Below are positions 19,647 through 30,193 of a stretch of DNA of 64,000 nucleotides, piece by piece. The position numbers and the translations under genes are program-made. The stretch is taken from positions 1,760,001 to 1,824,000 of the forward strand of contig OZ244744.1 in NCBI GenBank assembly GCA_965219455.1. The letters run 5' to 3'. Origin of the DNA: Candidatus Latescibacterota bacterium. GTDB taxonomy: Bacteria > Latescibacterota > UBA2968 > GCA-2709665. The notes beneath the pieces were generated by a model, which was given only the letters and a program-made list of their open reading frames with translations, did not search any database and was not told the DNA's origin. How positions within the stretch are numbered: position 1 is the first letter of the stretch; each line of letters opens with the position of its first letter.

Positions 19647-21329
19647 ATGCGGCTTCCGCTCTGTGTGGTGACCGATCCGGAAGGGCAGACAGGCTCGGAC
19701 GGTTCGCGCTGTTACGGCGGGTTTTACATTCGTGAAATACTCGCGCACGCGGGCATTCCATTTGACGAGAAGGAACGTCCGCTGGTCGATCTGGATGGAT
19801 TTCAAGTGGTACTGCTGCCCTGGCATCTTCAACTGTCGGAGGCAGAGCGGACGCTGCTGGCGGAATTCGTCGAATCGGGCGGGGCGTTAATCGGCCTGGG
19901 AGGGTTGTCGGGGTTGGACGACGTGTTCGGCGCGGTGGATCGCGGCGACATGGCGGACGGGTATTTGCATGTGGCGGCAAAGGACCACCCGGTAACCTCA
20001 GGGTTCAAGAGCAGTCTGCACTGTTTCGGCGGGCGGCGAATCAAAGCCGTGAACGGCACGGCGCTGGCGAGGGCAATGGGCGCGAGCGACGGGGTGGTGG
20101 AGCATCGGACCGGTGCCGGTCTGGCGATCGCCGTGGGCCCGGACGTGGTCCGGACCATCGTGCATATCCAGCAGGGGCATCAAATACCTCCCGCGTCGGG
20201 TCCCACGCGGATCGACGTGATCAAGGGGCTCGCGCTGGACCTGGACAGGGACCGATCGCCCGTACCGGGCGAGGAGGATAACCTTGTTTTCATGGAGCCG
20301 ATAGCGGATGAATTCCGGGCATTAATCATCAAAGCCGTTCTGTACGCCTGCCGGGAGCGCGGCGTCTCCCTGCCCGTCCTGTGGTACTGGCCGGACAATC
20401 TGCCCGCGATCGCGCATATGTCGCACGACTCGGACGGCGGAGACGAAGCCCTCGGCTGGTCGTTGCTTCGCCTGACGCAGGAGGTGAACGCACGCACGAC
20501 GTGGTGCATCATGGCGGGACACTACGAGCCGGCATTCTACCGCGCGATCCAGGACTGCAGATCGGAGGTGGCCCTGCACTATGACGCTCAGACCTGGCAG
20601 ACGGCGTCGGACGATCAGAAGCCGGACGTCGCCCAATTAAAGTGGGGATATCGGGAGTTGGCCGCACAGCTTGACACGGTCACGAAAGCCGCTGGGCGGC
20701 CCGTAACGACCAACAAGAACCATACGCTCCGCTGGCAGGGCCGGCTGGAGTTCTTCCGCTGGTGCGAACGCGCTGGCATCACCCTGGAGCAGAGCCGCGG
20801 GCCGAATACGCCCTATACCAACGGGTTTCCTTTTGGGGGCTGCCACCCATGGTTTCCGATTGACGACGAATCGCCCGGCGGACCGCCGATTGACGTGCTG
20901 GAGGTGAACCTGACGGTGCAGGATATTCACAAGCGGTGCTCCACCCGCCTGGCGCATTGTTTCGCGGACCGGGCGCTCCAGCACCATGGCATCGCCCATT
21001 TTCTCTTCCACCCCGCGCACGTCTGGGAGCCGGCCGTACGCGGTGGGCTCCGGGAAATTGTGGGGTACACGAGAGATAAGGGCATGCCGTGGTGGACCGC
21101 GGCTCAAATCGACGCCTGGGAACGCGCGCGGCGCACGGTAAGGTTCGGACTTCGCGAAAACGGCGCGTACGAGGTCTCCGCGGACGCGGACTTGAAGGGC
21201 GCAACAGTGCTGGTCCCGGCCGGAGAAGCTGACACGCAAGGGGACGTGGTGGAACGGTACGGGGTCCGGTTCCGCGCCGTCACGATGGATCTGGATCGGG
21301 GGAAGCGCGTAGAGTTACCGCTGGTCTGA
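19647..21329 (+). CDS. Hypothetical protein: GATase-like N-terminal domain plus polysaccharide-deacetylase-like domain
   Basis: SHDSD, EVALHYD, KNHTLRW, FLFHP resemble NodB/CE4-like metal sites. Confidence 0.65.
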   Translation: MRLPLCVVTDPEGQTGSDGSRCYGGFYIREILAHAGIPFDEKERPLVDLDGFQVVLLPWHLQLSEAERTLLAEFVESGGALIGLGGLSGLDDVFGAVDRGDMADGYLHVAAKDHPVTSGFKSSLHCFGGRRIKAVNGTALARAMGASDGVVEHRTGAGLAIAVGPDVVRTIVHIQQGHQIPPASGPTRIDVIKGLALDLDRDRSPVPGEEDNLVFMEPIADEFRALIIKAVLYACRERGVSLPVLWYWPDNLPAIAHMSHDSDGGDEALGWSLLRLTQEVNARTTWCIMAGHYEPAFYRAIQDCRSEVALHYDAQTWQTASDDQKPDVAQLKWGYRELAAQLDTVTKAAGRPVTTNKNHTLRWQGRLEFFRWCERAGITLEQSRGPNTPYTNGFPFGGCHPWFPIDDESPGGPPIDVLEVNLTVQDIHKRCSTRLAHCFADRALQHHGIAHFLFHPAHVWEPAVRGGLREIVGYTRDKGMPWWTAAQIDAWERARRTVRFGLRENGAYEVSADADLKGATVLVPAGEADTQGDVVERYGVRFRAVTMDLDRGKRVELPLV

Positions 21330-21791
21330 AGCGCGGCAGATGATTTTTCAAACGTAAAAAGCGAGTCTTGCAACCAGGCGGTAAATCGAACGTCGGTGGA
21401 AACGGATTGAACTAAGGACTCCGCACCGGATTCGATAGCGATTCACGCCGCCTTGATACCGCTCACTCATGCCTTTCCCGCCTCCCTGGTCTTACTACCC
21501 CCTCCTGCATCAAATCTCAGTTAATTCGATACTCCTGCATCCTGTCATCTCACGGGGCATAAAGCGCAGTGTCCATGCAGGACCGTACAAAGCGAACAGG
21601 AACTCGTTCAGAACGCTGAACGACTCAGGCTGCATTGGCAATCCCGTTCCGAAGCCAAAACCTCGCAAACCCTTCACTTACAGAACGACACCGAATATCT
21701 CACCCTGAAATCGGACAATGAAACCGTCTCGTTAACAAGGGGCACAGCGGGGTATGAGATACCGTTTTGTGAGCAGGTTTAACAGAGCACC

Positions 21792-21820
21792 TTGACATAA
21801 TGTATCGAATCCCCTAACTT
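21792..21820 (+). promoter_or_regulatory. Sigma70-like promoter upstream of the GWxTD gene
   Basis: TTGACA-17 bp-TAACTT. Confidence 0.5.
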
Positions 21821-21996
21821 TGTGTATAAATATCTCTTTAATTGAGTCGGCGTGCCCGGTCAATCTTGTGTTGGCGAAGGCAGGATTTGTAGTCTCGGCT
21901 AACGTGTTGGCGCTGGTCCAAGATCTGCCGAAGCAAGAAACGCTACCCGGTTTTTGTCGCCTCCTTTGCGTCCATAAATGCCAGGAAGGAAACGCG

Positions 21997-24900
21997 ATGA
22001 AGTGGATTACAACGACTCTACTGCTATGTGTATCCTGCGTTCTGGCAATACCGTGCCTCGTGGAGGCCGGGGATCGTGAGTTTCTCGCTGCTACGTCGCG
22101 GTTTCAGGACACGGCTTATGTTGTCGGACGCGGTGAGGGGCCAATTTCGTTAACGGAGATATGGGTCGTTTCCAGGGGCAACGATAGACCCGGAAAGCTC
22201 AAGACCTATCCCGGAGAACCCGGAACTCTGTTTTTCGATCCGGCTGGTGAATCCTTGATATATCTGGAACGAAGCTTACGAAATCAAGTCTGGGCATCTT
22301 ATTACTATGGCGGACAGTCTCTTCCAATTACAAGAAACGGGATATGGAAAATAAGCCTGGACGGCGCGGAAGAGGACTTGTGGCCGCTTCCGGTGGATTT
22401 TCAACCGAACGAAATTGCGCTATCTCCGGATGGACGCACATTGGCGATCATAGGATACAGGGGTAACTTTTTCGAGAGAATCAACAATGGCCTATGGGTA
22501 TCGGATAAGACGGGCGACATCAAGCTTCTGTTTGCCGGCAAAGTAACGACTCCGGTGTCGTGGTCGGATGATGGAACGTCTGTTACATGCAGAATTCACG
22601 ATGGATCGAAGACGATCCGTGTTCACGTCGCCACCGGAGAGATCATTCCGTCGCAAGCCACTGAAAGCAAGGCCAAAAACGATAAGCGAGACAGGGAATC
22701 CATTTCTACTGCGCCTTCTACTGCTGCTTTGGAGCAAACGGAATCTTCGGAAATCGTGCTGGGCATGATCGGTACTGGTCTCGACCTCTATATACGCGGC
22801 AAGAATGCGCTGCACAGAGGAAACGAAAAGAACGCGGTTGAAAAGTTCAAGAATGCCAGAAGTGCATTTAGACGCCTCTACGATAAAGCACGGAAATACG
22901 GCCTTTCCAGGAAGAGCTCCGAGAGATATATCGAAGCCTGTGAATTTTGGATCGACTCAAAGAAACACATGATAGAAACCGTCATATGTCAAGAGCATTT
23001 GGTCGGCATGCTGGGCTTGATACAGGAGTTTCAGCGAGTCCACGACAATAGGGATCCTTCGGATCTTGAAGAACTACATCAGTGGACGGTTCAAAAGAAG
23101 CTCGGAGGTTCACCAGCGGGAAACGAACGAAAAGACAAGATCTCGATCCTCGGCGTGGTGTTCTCCTGCCCGGCCAACCGGGAATACGCATTTCTCAGCG
23201 ATTATCTATATCAGCATGAAGGTTTGCCGGGTTCGCCTCCCGTGGCCTGTTTCTGGCACCGCGGCGAGCAGATCGACGGAGTCGCCGGCAACGACGGCGA
23301 CCGGACCACGGTTTCAAATATACAAGCGGCGAGAGTGGACAGCCTGGCGTCGAGCGGCCGTCGCGCGATGGACACGGATAAGTTGGATCGGGCACGGTTG
23401 ATCTTTCGGAACGTCGCGCGCCAGCGCCCGAGGGATCCCGATCCATATATCCATCTCGGTCACATTCTCTTGAAACTGAAACGATACGAGGAATCGAAGG
23501 AAGCGTTTCACCGAGCTCTGAGACTGGGAAGTAAGGCGGAGGCGCACTATGGTCTGGGAATGCTCTATAAGACATGGCCGATGCAGCGGCATTATGCCAT
23601 CCACCATTTCACGGAAGCGTTGATCAAAGATCGGAATTTTGTAGATGCGCGGTATCAGATGGCCAAAGTGCGTTATGAGATGAAAGAACGCGATGCCGAG
23701 CTGGAAGCAAAGAGAGTGTTGGAAATGGACCCCGAGCATGCCGGTGCTTATTTGCTGATTGCAGACTATTATTTGTACTTGTCCTGGGAATTCGAGAAGG
23801 CTGTTGTCTCGTATACAGAATACCTCGCGCTTCGCCCGGAAGATGCGGATGCGCAACGTAGCCTTGGAATTGCATACTTGAAAGTCAGAGATTATTCGAA
23901 GATTATGAACCACCTATTCGACTTCGTACAGAGGCATCCAGAGTCGATAGAACTGATGCCCATCGTTGCTATTTCTGCCATCAAGCAGGACAGTCTGGAT
24001 ATGGCAATGCGGTTCTTCGCGGATTACATTTCCAATCTTGATCCGGATAAACGAAGACTGTACGAAGATATAACGCAACTTGCATCTAGCGACGAACTAA
24101 AGGCCCTTGGCGAAACCGAGGGTTCCGACCGTGCAGGCTATTTGGAGCGCTACTGGAATTCCAGGGATCCGGATCTGTCAACGCCCGTTAACGAACGTCT
24201 GCTGGAACACTACAGAAGGGTCTGGTACGCGCTCACGGAGTTCTCAAAAAACCTGAAGCCCTGGGATGCACGAGGTGAAGTCTATATTCGGTTCGGAGAA
24301 CCCGACCATCGATCAAGATCGGACGAACCCAACTTCAAGCAGAGCCTGGAAGTTCAGCGGGTTAAGGAGCGACTCGCTTTCGATATCTACAAGGGCGACG
24401 TCGGGGCGCACACGTTTGTCGGACCCGTATACCCTGTACGTAGCCTCAAACAACTGGATGGCGCGTGGTATGAACTGAGTGACGTCAACATTGAGAACGC
24501 ATCGGCGTCGTCCGGTGGGGACGAGGCAGCCGATGTAGCCGCCGATGATCGGGGCGGTATCGTCGGCTCGGGGATTGAGGGACAAAGCACGTCTATTGAT
24601 GAAGGCGTAACGACGCCATCAGCAGCGCCTGATGACAATGTCCGTATAGGTATTTTGCCAACGGAGGAACGGCTGGGATTCGGCGACTATCATCCGGTTA
24701 CGGCAGGCGACGATCCGAGTACGGTGCCCTGGGAGACGTGGATCTATATTGACGCGGGAGGCGGAATCGAAATCACGTTTACAGACGAAATCGGTTCCGG
24801 AACATATGACTATGCCCCGATACCACCGAACCAGGGAGGAATTTCAATACGACGGACCGCTTCGTTGAGCACCCATTCTCCGCGTTCCGTCTACCAGCGA

Positions 24901-25761
24901 GCGACGTCGGTTACTCCCGATTTCTATGCCCCCGAAGACGATAGACCGCCTCTCGATTTCCACTATTCGCTGGCTGACTTTCGAGGAGGGAACAACCTCA
25001 GTCTGTTGGAAATTTACTATGGTGTTCCAGTGCTTCCAGGTCACTATATTTCAGAAGAAAACCTGACTCGGCAGGTTCTGACGCACCACGCCGCGCTCAT
25101 TTCATCCTCGCTTGACACGGTCTACCGGAAAACGAACGAGATGACCTACGTAGCTGAGGGCAACCGGGCCGGAGAGGGTCTACTTGTGCCGGACGTGCTG
25201 AAGTTGAACCTGCCACAGGGTACCTATCGTTTGGAGGTGAAATCGCAGGACCGCGTGAGAGGAAGAATGGGCATCTATCAGCAGCAGGTCGTCGTGGAGC
25301 CATATGGCGAGGAAGAATTGCAGATAAGCGACCTGGAATTGGCATGGCAGGTTGGCGCGGAACAGGCGGATAGCCGGTTCAGAAAGGGTGACCTGAACGT
25401 GGTCCCCATGCCTTCAAGAACGTACAAAAGGGGACACAGTGTATTCGTCTACTACGAAATCTACAATCTGTCGAAGGACGAATTCGGACAGACGAACTAC
25501 ATTGTCTCCTATACGATCACATCCAGAGACACACCGGGCAGGGTGGGCAACATCTCTCGCTTGTTCCGTTGGGGAACCGGCAGGAGGGAAGAATTGGCCG
25601 TAACGTACGAACAGCAGGGAGACTCTTCCCAGGAAGTGGAATACGTGGAACTGGCGCTTGACGAGCAACTTCCCGGTCGATATTCATTAAAGGTATCGAT
25701 CAACGAAAACAACAGCAGCGAGTCGGCGGAGAAAGACGTCGTCTTCGTCATTTCGCGATAG
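21997..25761 (+). CDS. Exported TPR and GWxTD-domain protein with TolB-like N-terminal repeats
   Basis: Signal peptide, LSPDG/WSDDG repeats, TPRs, YW..RDPDLSTPVNERLLEHYRRVWYA..F...WDARGEVYIRFGEPD. Confidence 0.85.
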   Translation: MKWITTTLLLCVSCVLAIPCLVEAGDREFLAATSRFQDTAYVVGRGEGPISLTEIWVVSRGNDRPGKLKTYPGEPGTLFFDPAGESLIYLERSLRNQVWASYYYGGQSLPITRNGIWKISLDGAEEDLWPLPVDFQPNEIALSPDGRTLAIIGYRGNFFERINNGLWVSDKTGDIKLLFAGKVTTPVSWSDDGTSVTCRIHDGSKTIRVHVATGEIIPSQATESKAKNDKRDRESISTAPSTAALEQTESSEIVLGMIGTGLDLYIRGKNALHRGNEKNAVEKFKNARSAFRRLYDKARKYGLSRKSSERYIEACEFWIDSKKHMIETVICQEHLVGMLGLIQEFQRVHDNRDPSDLEELHQWTVQKKLGGSPAGNERKDKISILGVVFSCPANREYAFLSDYLYQHEGLPGSPPVACFWHRGEQIDGVAGNDGDRTTVSNIQAARVDSLASSGRRAMDTDKLDRARLIFRNVARQRPRDPDPYIHLGHILLKLKRYEESKEAFHRALRLGSKAEAHYGLGMLYKTWPMQRHYAIHHFTEALIKDRNFVDARYQMAKVRYEMKERDAELEAKRVLEMDPEHAGAYLLIADYYLYLSWEFEKAVVSYTEYLALRPEDADAQRSLGIAYLKVRDYSKIMNHLFDFVQRHPESIELMPIVAISAIKQDSLDMAMRFFADYISNLDPDKRRLYEDITQLASSDELKALGETEGSDRAGYLERYWNSRDPDLSTPVNERLLEHYRRVWYALTEFSKNLKPWDARGEVYIRFGEPDHRSRSDEPNFKQSLEVQRVKERLAFDIYKGDVGAHTFVGPVYPVRSLKQLDGAWYELSDVNIENASASSGGDEAADVAADDRGGIVGSGIEGQSTSIDEGVTTPSAAPDDNVRIGILPTEERLGFGDYHPVTAGDDPSTVPWETWIYIDAGGGIEITFTDEIGSGTYDYAPIPPNQGGISIRRTASLSTHSPRSVYQRATSVTPDFYAPEDDRPPLDFHYSLADFRGGNNLSLLEIYYGVPVLPGHYISEENLTRQVLTHHAALISSSLDTVYRKTNEMTYVAEGNRAGEGLLVPDVLKLNLPQGTYRLEVKSQDRVRGRMGIYQQQVVVEPYGEEELQISDLELAWQVGAEQADSRFRKGDLNVVPMPSRTYKRGHSVFVYYEIYNLSKDEFGQTNYIVSYTITSRDTPGRVGNISRLFRWGTGRREELAVTYEQQGDSSQEVEYVELALDEQLPGRYSLKVSINENNSSESAEKDVVFVISR

Positions 25762-25983
25762 ACTTCCCGGCGTGTCGAAATATTGCGAGAAAACCTTCCC
25801 TCCGAGTTTAATGTAGTATATTGGGCGGAAATGAAGAGCCATCGGGTGAAATGGCTTCAAGTACCGAGCCCGTATCGACGAAAATCGTTTGACTCGCAAA
25901 GTACGATCAGGTACCTTCAGTTGAGAGGATGAAGCCCGCGTTTTGTCGTTGCGACGGGATGTAGTTGACTTCGGAGGTCCGCC

Positions 25984-26499
25984 ATGGTCAGTGACGCTAC
26001 TCGAAGGATGGCCTGGAATGAGTATCTGGATGTAGAGAGGGCGGCCAGATACTACGATGAACTTTCCCGTTATTATCGCAGGCGACACAATGCTATCATG
26101 ATAGGACTTGCGCTCTGCGCAATAGCCGGGGCTGGTCGCTTTATGTTTTCGGACTACATAGGTAGGCTGGCTGAAGTCATAGTAGATCTGGGCATTGTTG
26201 CAGTTAGTGTGCTTGGCCTACTTGGGAATCATGCAAGAAAATCCGCCAGTCTTCATGCGGTAAGCGTCATGTGTTTTGATTTGCAGGACAAACACAAAGC
26301 GTTGTGGTCGAAGATAGAAAACAACGCGATAGACAATAATGAAGCCTACGATATACTGATGGATCTTATTGAATCCGGCGAGAGGGCAACAAGCATTCCT
26401 GGTTGGGCAGATATCTCGGTAAATGACAAATTCAACATCAAAAGCCAAAGAGAAGCAGATAATTCACTGGTAGATCAATATTCAATCAGGGAGGCCTGA
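25984..26499 (+). CDS. Two-TM protein, SLATT-like
   Basis: RBS GGAGG; N-terminal helix RYY..L..YYRRRHN, two TM helices, helical C-terminus; lower GC. Confidence 0.65.
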   Translation: MVSDATRRMAWNEYLDVERAARYYDELSRYYRRRHNAIMIGLALCAIAGAGRFMFSDYIGRLAEVIVDLGIVAVSVLGLLGNHARKSASLHAVSVMCFDLQDKHKALWSKIENNAIDNNEAYDILMDLIESGERATSIPGWADISVNDKFNIKSQREADNSLVDQYSIREA

Positions 26500-26663
26500 T
26501 GGGAGAAAGAGGCGGGCAAGAAAGAGCCATAAGACCCCCGCGTAATCCCGCAAGCCCGAGACCGGCACCGCCTCCAAGACCTGAAACTCCTCCACAGTCA
26601 CCACCCAGGCCACAATCACCGCCCGGACCACGAGAAAACAGCGGCACAAAGAAGCCGAGGTGA
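26499..26663 (+). CDS. 54-aa Pro/Arg-rich micropeptide
   Basis: TGATG overlap with the upstream stop and GGAGG just upstream; MGERGGQERAIRPPRNPASPRPAPPPRPETPPQSPPRPQSPPGPRENSGTKKPR. Confidence 0.6.
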   Translation: MGERGGQERAIRPPRNPASPRPAPPPRPETPPQSPPRPQSPPGPRENSGTKKPR

Positions 26664-26709
26664 AAACCTCGGCTTCTTTGTGCCGCTGAAAGAAACGATC
26701 CAGCCACCT

Positions 26710-27201
26710 CTAACTCCACAAATCGGCAATCGCCTCGTCTATCGAAAACGCCTTCCCCGTGCTGGCCTGATTCTCCCGATGCAAAATCAACAGGGTCCAG
26801 CTTACTTCTTGAAGCAGGGCGCCATAGGCTTCGATATTTTCGTCCACCACTTTGAATTTTTCGTAAATGCCGGGATGGTGTTCCTTAAGTGTTTTTCCAA
26901 GGGTCTGCCAACTTCCTTTTCGCACCGTCTTCCCGGCTTCATCCAGGCCAGCGATTGCCCCCTCTACATCACCGTCGCGACACATAGATTTGTACTTTTC
27001 CGGGTTCTGTTCAAGCAGCTTCAGAAACTTATACCAATCAGCCATTGCATCCAGAACGGATTTATTGGTTGCTTCAAATTCTCGGTAAATTTCACCTATA
27101 ATTAAAAAGTGTGACAATGCATCCAAGTTTTTTTGCGCCGAACGATCTATAAGGGACGACAATTCTCCCGCAACAGGCACATCCATGACTGCTACGCCCA
27201 T
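26710..27201 (-). CDS. Hypothetical 163-aa helical protein; probable paralog of 776-1270
   Basis: RBS GGGAG, near-consensus promoter, ends ...FSIDEAIADLWS. Confidence 0.75.
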   Translation of the reverse strand: MGVAVMDVPVAGELSSLIDRSAQKNLDALSHFLIIGEIYREFEATNKSVLDAMADWYKFLKLLEQNPEKYKSMCRDGDVEGAIAGLDEAGKTVRKGSWQTLGKTLKEHHPGIYEKFKVVDENIEAYGALLQEVSWTLLILHRENQASTGKAFSIDEAIADLWS

Positions 27202-27275
27202 GTCTCACTCCCTGTGGTTTCTTTCGCAAACGCATTTCTCCCACGATCCCAACTTCCCGGCAAGCATCTGCGAAA

Positions 27276-27304
27276 AGTATAGCTTAGAACATAGACCATG
27301 TCAA
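27276..27304 (-). promoter_or_regulatory. Near-consensus sigma70 promoter
   Basis: TTGACA-17 bp-TATACT on minus strand. Confidence 0.7.
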
Positions 27305-27485
27305 CTTAATAGATGTGGTTGTCTCATGCGCAGCAAGAAATCATCTTAGATTTGCATAATAATGGCACTTTATTAGAAGAATTATCTATTTTCTGCATAA
27401 TTTGAGCCGCCGGATACCTCTTCTGACCGCCCCGCGTTAACACTTCATTGAAGTCGACTGGAGTGCCGATTCGGCCATCGAGCGT

Positions 27486-27954
27486 TCAATCCGTGGTCAC
27501 GTTGAACAACGACGCCGCGTTATTCCAGAAGACGTCCTCCACCTGGCTGTCGGTGAGCCGCTCCGACCAGCACGCCCACTTCAGCGAGCGCAGTTGCTCC
27601 AGACCGACCAGCACCGGATCGACCCTGCCGTACTTCTCGCCCCAGACCGGCGTGTCTTCGTAGAGCCACAGGAACGAGTCCGCGGCGCACAACGATCTCC
27701 CACGCAGATGGCTTACGGGAAAGTCGGAACCGTACATCAGCTTCCGGTGTCCGAAGACGCGAATGATGCTCTGGTGCGCGATCGGCTCACAGTTGACACT
27801 GCAATCGAAATACAGATTCTCCAATCCCTCCAACTGCGCCAGACCCTCCAGATTGTGCGCTGGCTGAAACCCTGTCGGGCACGAACGATGCCAGTTCGCG
27901 CTGGAAAAACGCCACGTCCTCGTCACGCGCGTACCTGGTCAGATCCAGTGGCAC
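27486..27954 (-). pseudogene. Amidohydrolase family gene with large internal deletion
   Basis: N-terminus MPLDLTRYARDEDVAFFQRELASFVPDRV joins out of frame near 27870 to C-terminal part GFQPAHNLEG...NLYFDCS...MYGSDFP...VFWNNA. Confidence 0.75.
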
Positions 27955-27986
27955 GTTCAGTCCTCTCTTCCGTGGCGGGCGCAGGC

Positions 27987-28816
27987 TTACCGGAGAATCC
28001 CCGCTTCCCGCAGAAAGCGTTCGACTTCGCGCCAGAAGGCCGGCCAATCGGGCGGGCAGTTGTTGTGCCCAGCTCTATAGGTTATCAGCCGGCCGCGTTT
28101 GGCCACACTGTGCAGGGCGACGCCGTGGCTATACGGAATGATGGCGTCCCGTGTGCCATGGGCGATGAAAACTGGACTGGGATAGTCCTTCAGGATTGTC
28201 AGATTGTCGAAAGTATCTCGAGCGAAGAATGGAGGGACGAAGAATTTTTCCGCAGCCATGGCGTTGACGCTCTTGAAGGTGGAAATCAGGACCAACGCCG
28301 CAGGACGACGTTCGGCCGCAAGCGCGCACACCGCACCGCCTCCGAGCGAGCGACCGATGAAAACGATGCGGTCCGCGTCTATGGCCTCCCGGGCGGCCAG
28401 CATGTCGTAAGCGGCGACAAAGACTTCCGTGACACTGGTTTGAGAGGAGCGCCTTCGGACCGCCCGTAACCCGGGTATTCCACCAGCAGTACGGCGAGTC
28501 CCAGACGGGTGAGGGCCTCCATTTCTTCGTCCCAGTGATCGATGAGTTCCGCATTTCCGTGAGCGAAGATGACCGCCGGAACGGGGCGGGCGTCCAATCT
28601 TGGCGAAAGCAGCCAGGTTTCCGTTCGACCAGCGCCTGTATTTAACCAGATGCGTTCGATTCCGGAAGCATCCGTCGGGGTTGGGGCCGGCGTCCGGATC
28701 AGGTGGCGCGGAAAAATGAAGCGGCGCTGCATGAAGAAGAGGATCGCGCCGTAGACTAAATAGAGTGCCAGGCCGCCGAGGAGGATTCGGAGCAGGATTT
28801 GGAGTTTCGTATCCAT
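27987..28816 (-). pseudogene. Alpha/beta hydrolase split by a 1-nt frameshift near 28445 (pseudogene or sequencing error)
   Basis: FAHGNAE..EYPGYGRSEGAP in one frame continues as SQTSV...GRSLGG..HGTRD..GHN in the other. Confidence 0.8.
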
Positions 28817-28989
28817 GTTTCGACAAAGGCAAAAAAGGCCCCGGGAGACATCTTCACCGGGGCTTTTTAATGGAAAATGCGGGTCTGATCGGGCTCCAGT
28901 GTTCCGTCCCGGAAAAATGTCACCATTCATCCGCCGGTTCATCCCGTCTCGGCGGCCGAATTCAGGCAATCTATTTCAGGGACAGAACA

Positions 28990-29856
28990 CTAGCAGGTGA
29001 CGTCTTTTCCCTCGCTGCCGAATACGGCCAGGCGTTCCTGTGACGTGGTTGCCTTCACGCGCGCGGGACAATAGTGGAGTTGAATCGCCCGACGCCTGTA
29101 GGACGTGGTGTTGGCCGGGGTGCCGTGATGAATCATGCCGGACCAGAGGAGGCAGCCGCCCGGTTCGAGCGGGACCGCAACGACGTGGTTACGGACCAGG
29201 TGCGTATCGCAAATCTGCCAGTCGCGGCGCTTGAAATGAACCCTGGGACCCTGCAAGTGCGTGCCGGGGATCACCCGCATGCAGCCGTTTTCGGGCGTGG
29301 CCCGGTCCAGGGAAATCCACATACTCACGATGGGGGTGCCCATCGGCAGATTGAAATAGGCGTGGTCCTGGTGCCAGGGTTTTTCGCGCCCCACCCTGGG
29401 TGGCTTGAGAATGGCCTGGTGCGAATAGAGCGCCGGCTCTTCGCCGATGATCCGGGCCATGACGTCCAGGATTTTAGGGTGTTCGGCCAGAGCGGTCAGG
29501 CGGTGGTCGTAGCCCATGAAATACTGGAGCTTTCGCACCGCGTCCCACCGTTCGTCATCTGAAAGGGCGTGCAGCGTGTCCTTGTAACTGGCTTCGAACT
29601 GCACACCTTTGAATTCCGGATTTTTCCCCTTGATGAGATCCATGAGGCCGTTGAGCATGTCGTCGATCTCGTCGCTCGTGAACGCTTTCCTGACGGCCAG
29701 ATATCCGTTCCGCTGAAAATGCTCCACGTCCGCACCGGTCGCGGCGTCGAGGCTTTCGATACCTTCGTCGATTTCTTGATATTCGTAGAGGTCTGCCGTG
29801 TAGCCGCCGTCGTTGACGTAATTGTCAAAGGCGGCCCGTTCAAGGGTCTGTTCCAT
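28990..29856 (-). CDS. Phytanoyl-CoA dioxygenase (PhyH) family protein
   Basis: WHQD, ENGCMRVIPGTH, HGTPAN..RR. Confidence 0.92.
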   Translation of the reverse strand: MEQTLERAAFDNYVNDGGYTADLYEYQEIDEGIESLDAATGADVEHFQRNGYLAVRKAFTSDEIDDMLNGLMDLIKGKNPEFKGVQFEASYKDTLHALSDDERWDAVRKLQYFMGYDHRLTALAEHPKILDVMARIIGEEPALYSHQAILKPPRVGREKPWHQDHAYFNLPMGTPIVSMWISLDRATPENGCMRVIPGTHLQGPRVHFKRRDWQICDTHLVRNHVVAVPLEPGGCLLWSGMIHHGTPANTTSYRRRAIQLHYCPARVKATTSQERLAVFGSEGKDVTC

Positions 29857-30136
29857 CGGTGTCTCCTCCGGGCAGGAACGGGTTTTCGGACCCCCGGACG
29901 TCGGGGTTGGGCCCAAAAGGGGACTAGCCCCTCGTTCCCACGGTTTTCAGACTGCGTATATCGCGATATCCAAACCTAACGCAAGCGGGCTTTTCTGTCA
30001 AGCCAAAACCGGATCAACGGGTAACCTCTTGCATTTCCCTGACGTTGACCTTATCTTCCCGGTTCGCAGTGCGGTCGGGCCGAGGGAACACGAAGGCTAT
30101 CACGAGGTTTTGGGGGCGCGCGGTGCGGTCTTCTTG

Positions 30137-30178
30137 CGTCTCCCGTCTCACGTCTTCCCTGTTACGTCTCACGCTCTA
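30137..30178. repeat. Heptamer tandem repeat (CGTCTYM)n
   Basis: cgtctcc cgtctca cgtcttc ... cgtctca; also near 34777-34805 and reversed near 52325-52347. Confidence 0.6.
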
Positions 30179-30193
30179 CATGGAGGGTTCGCG

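Noticed and set aside
25820-25935. Riboswitch upstream of the SLATT-like gene
   Set aside because: A hairpin is present (AGCCAT...ATGGCT) but I recognise no aptamer consensus.
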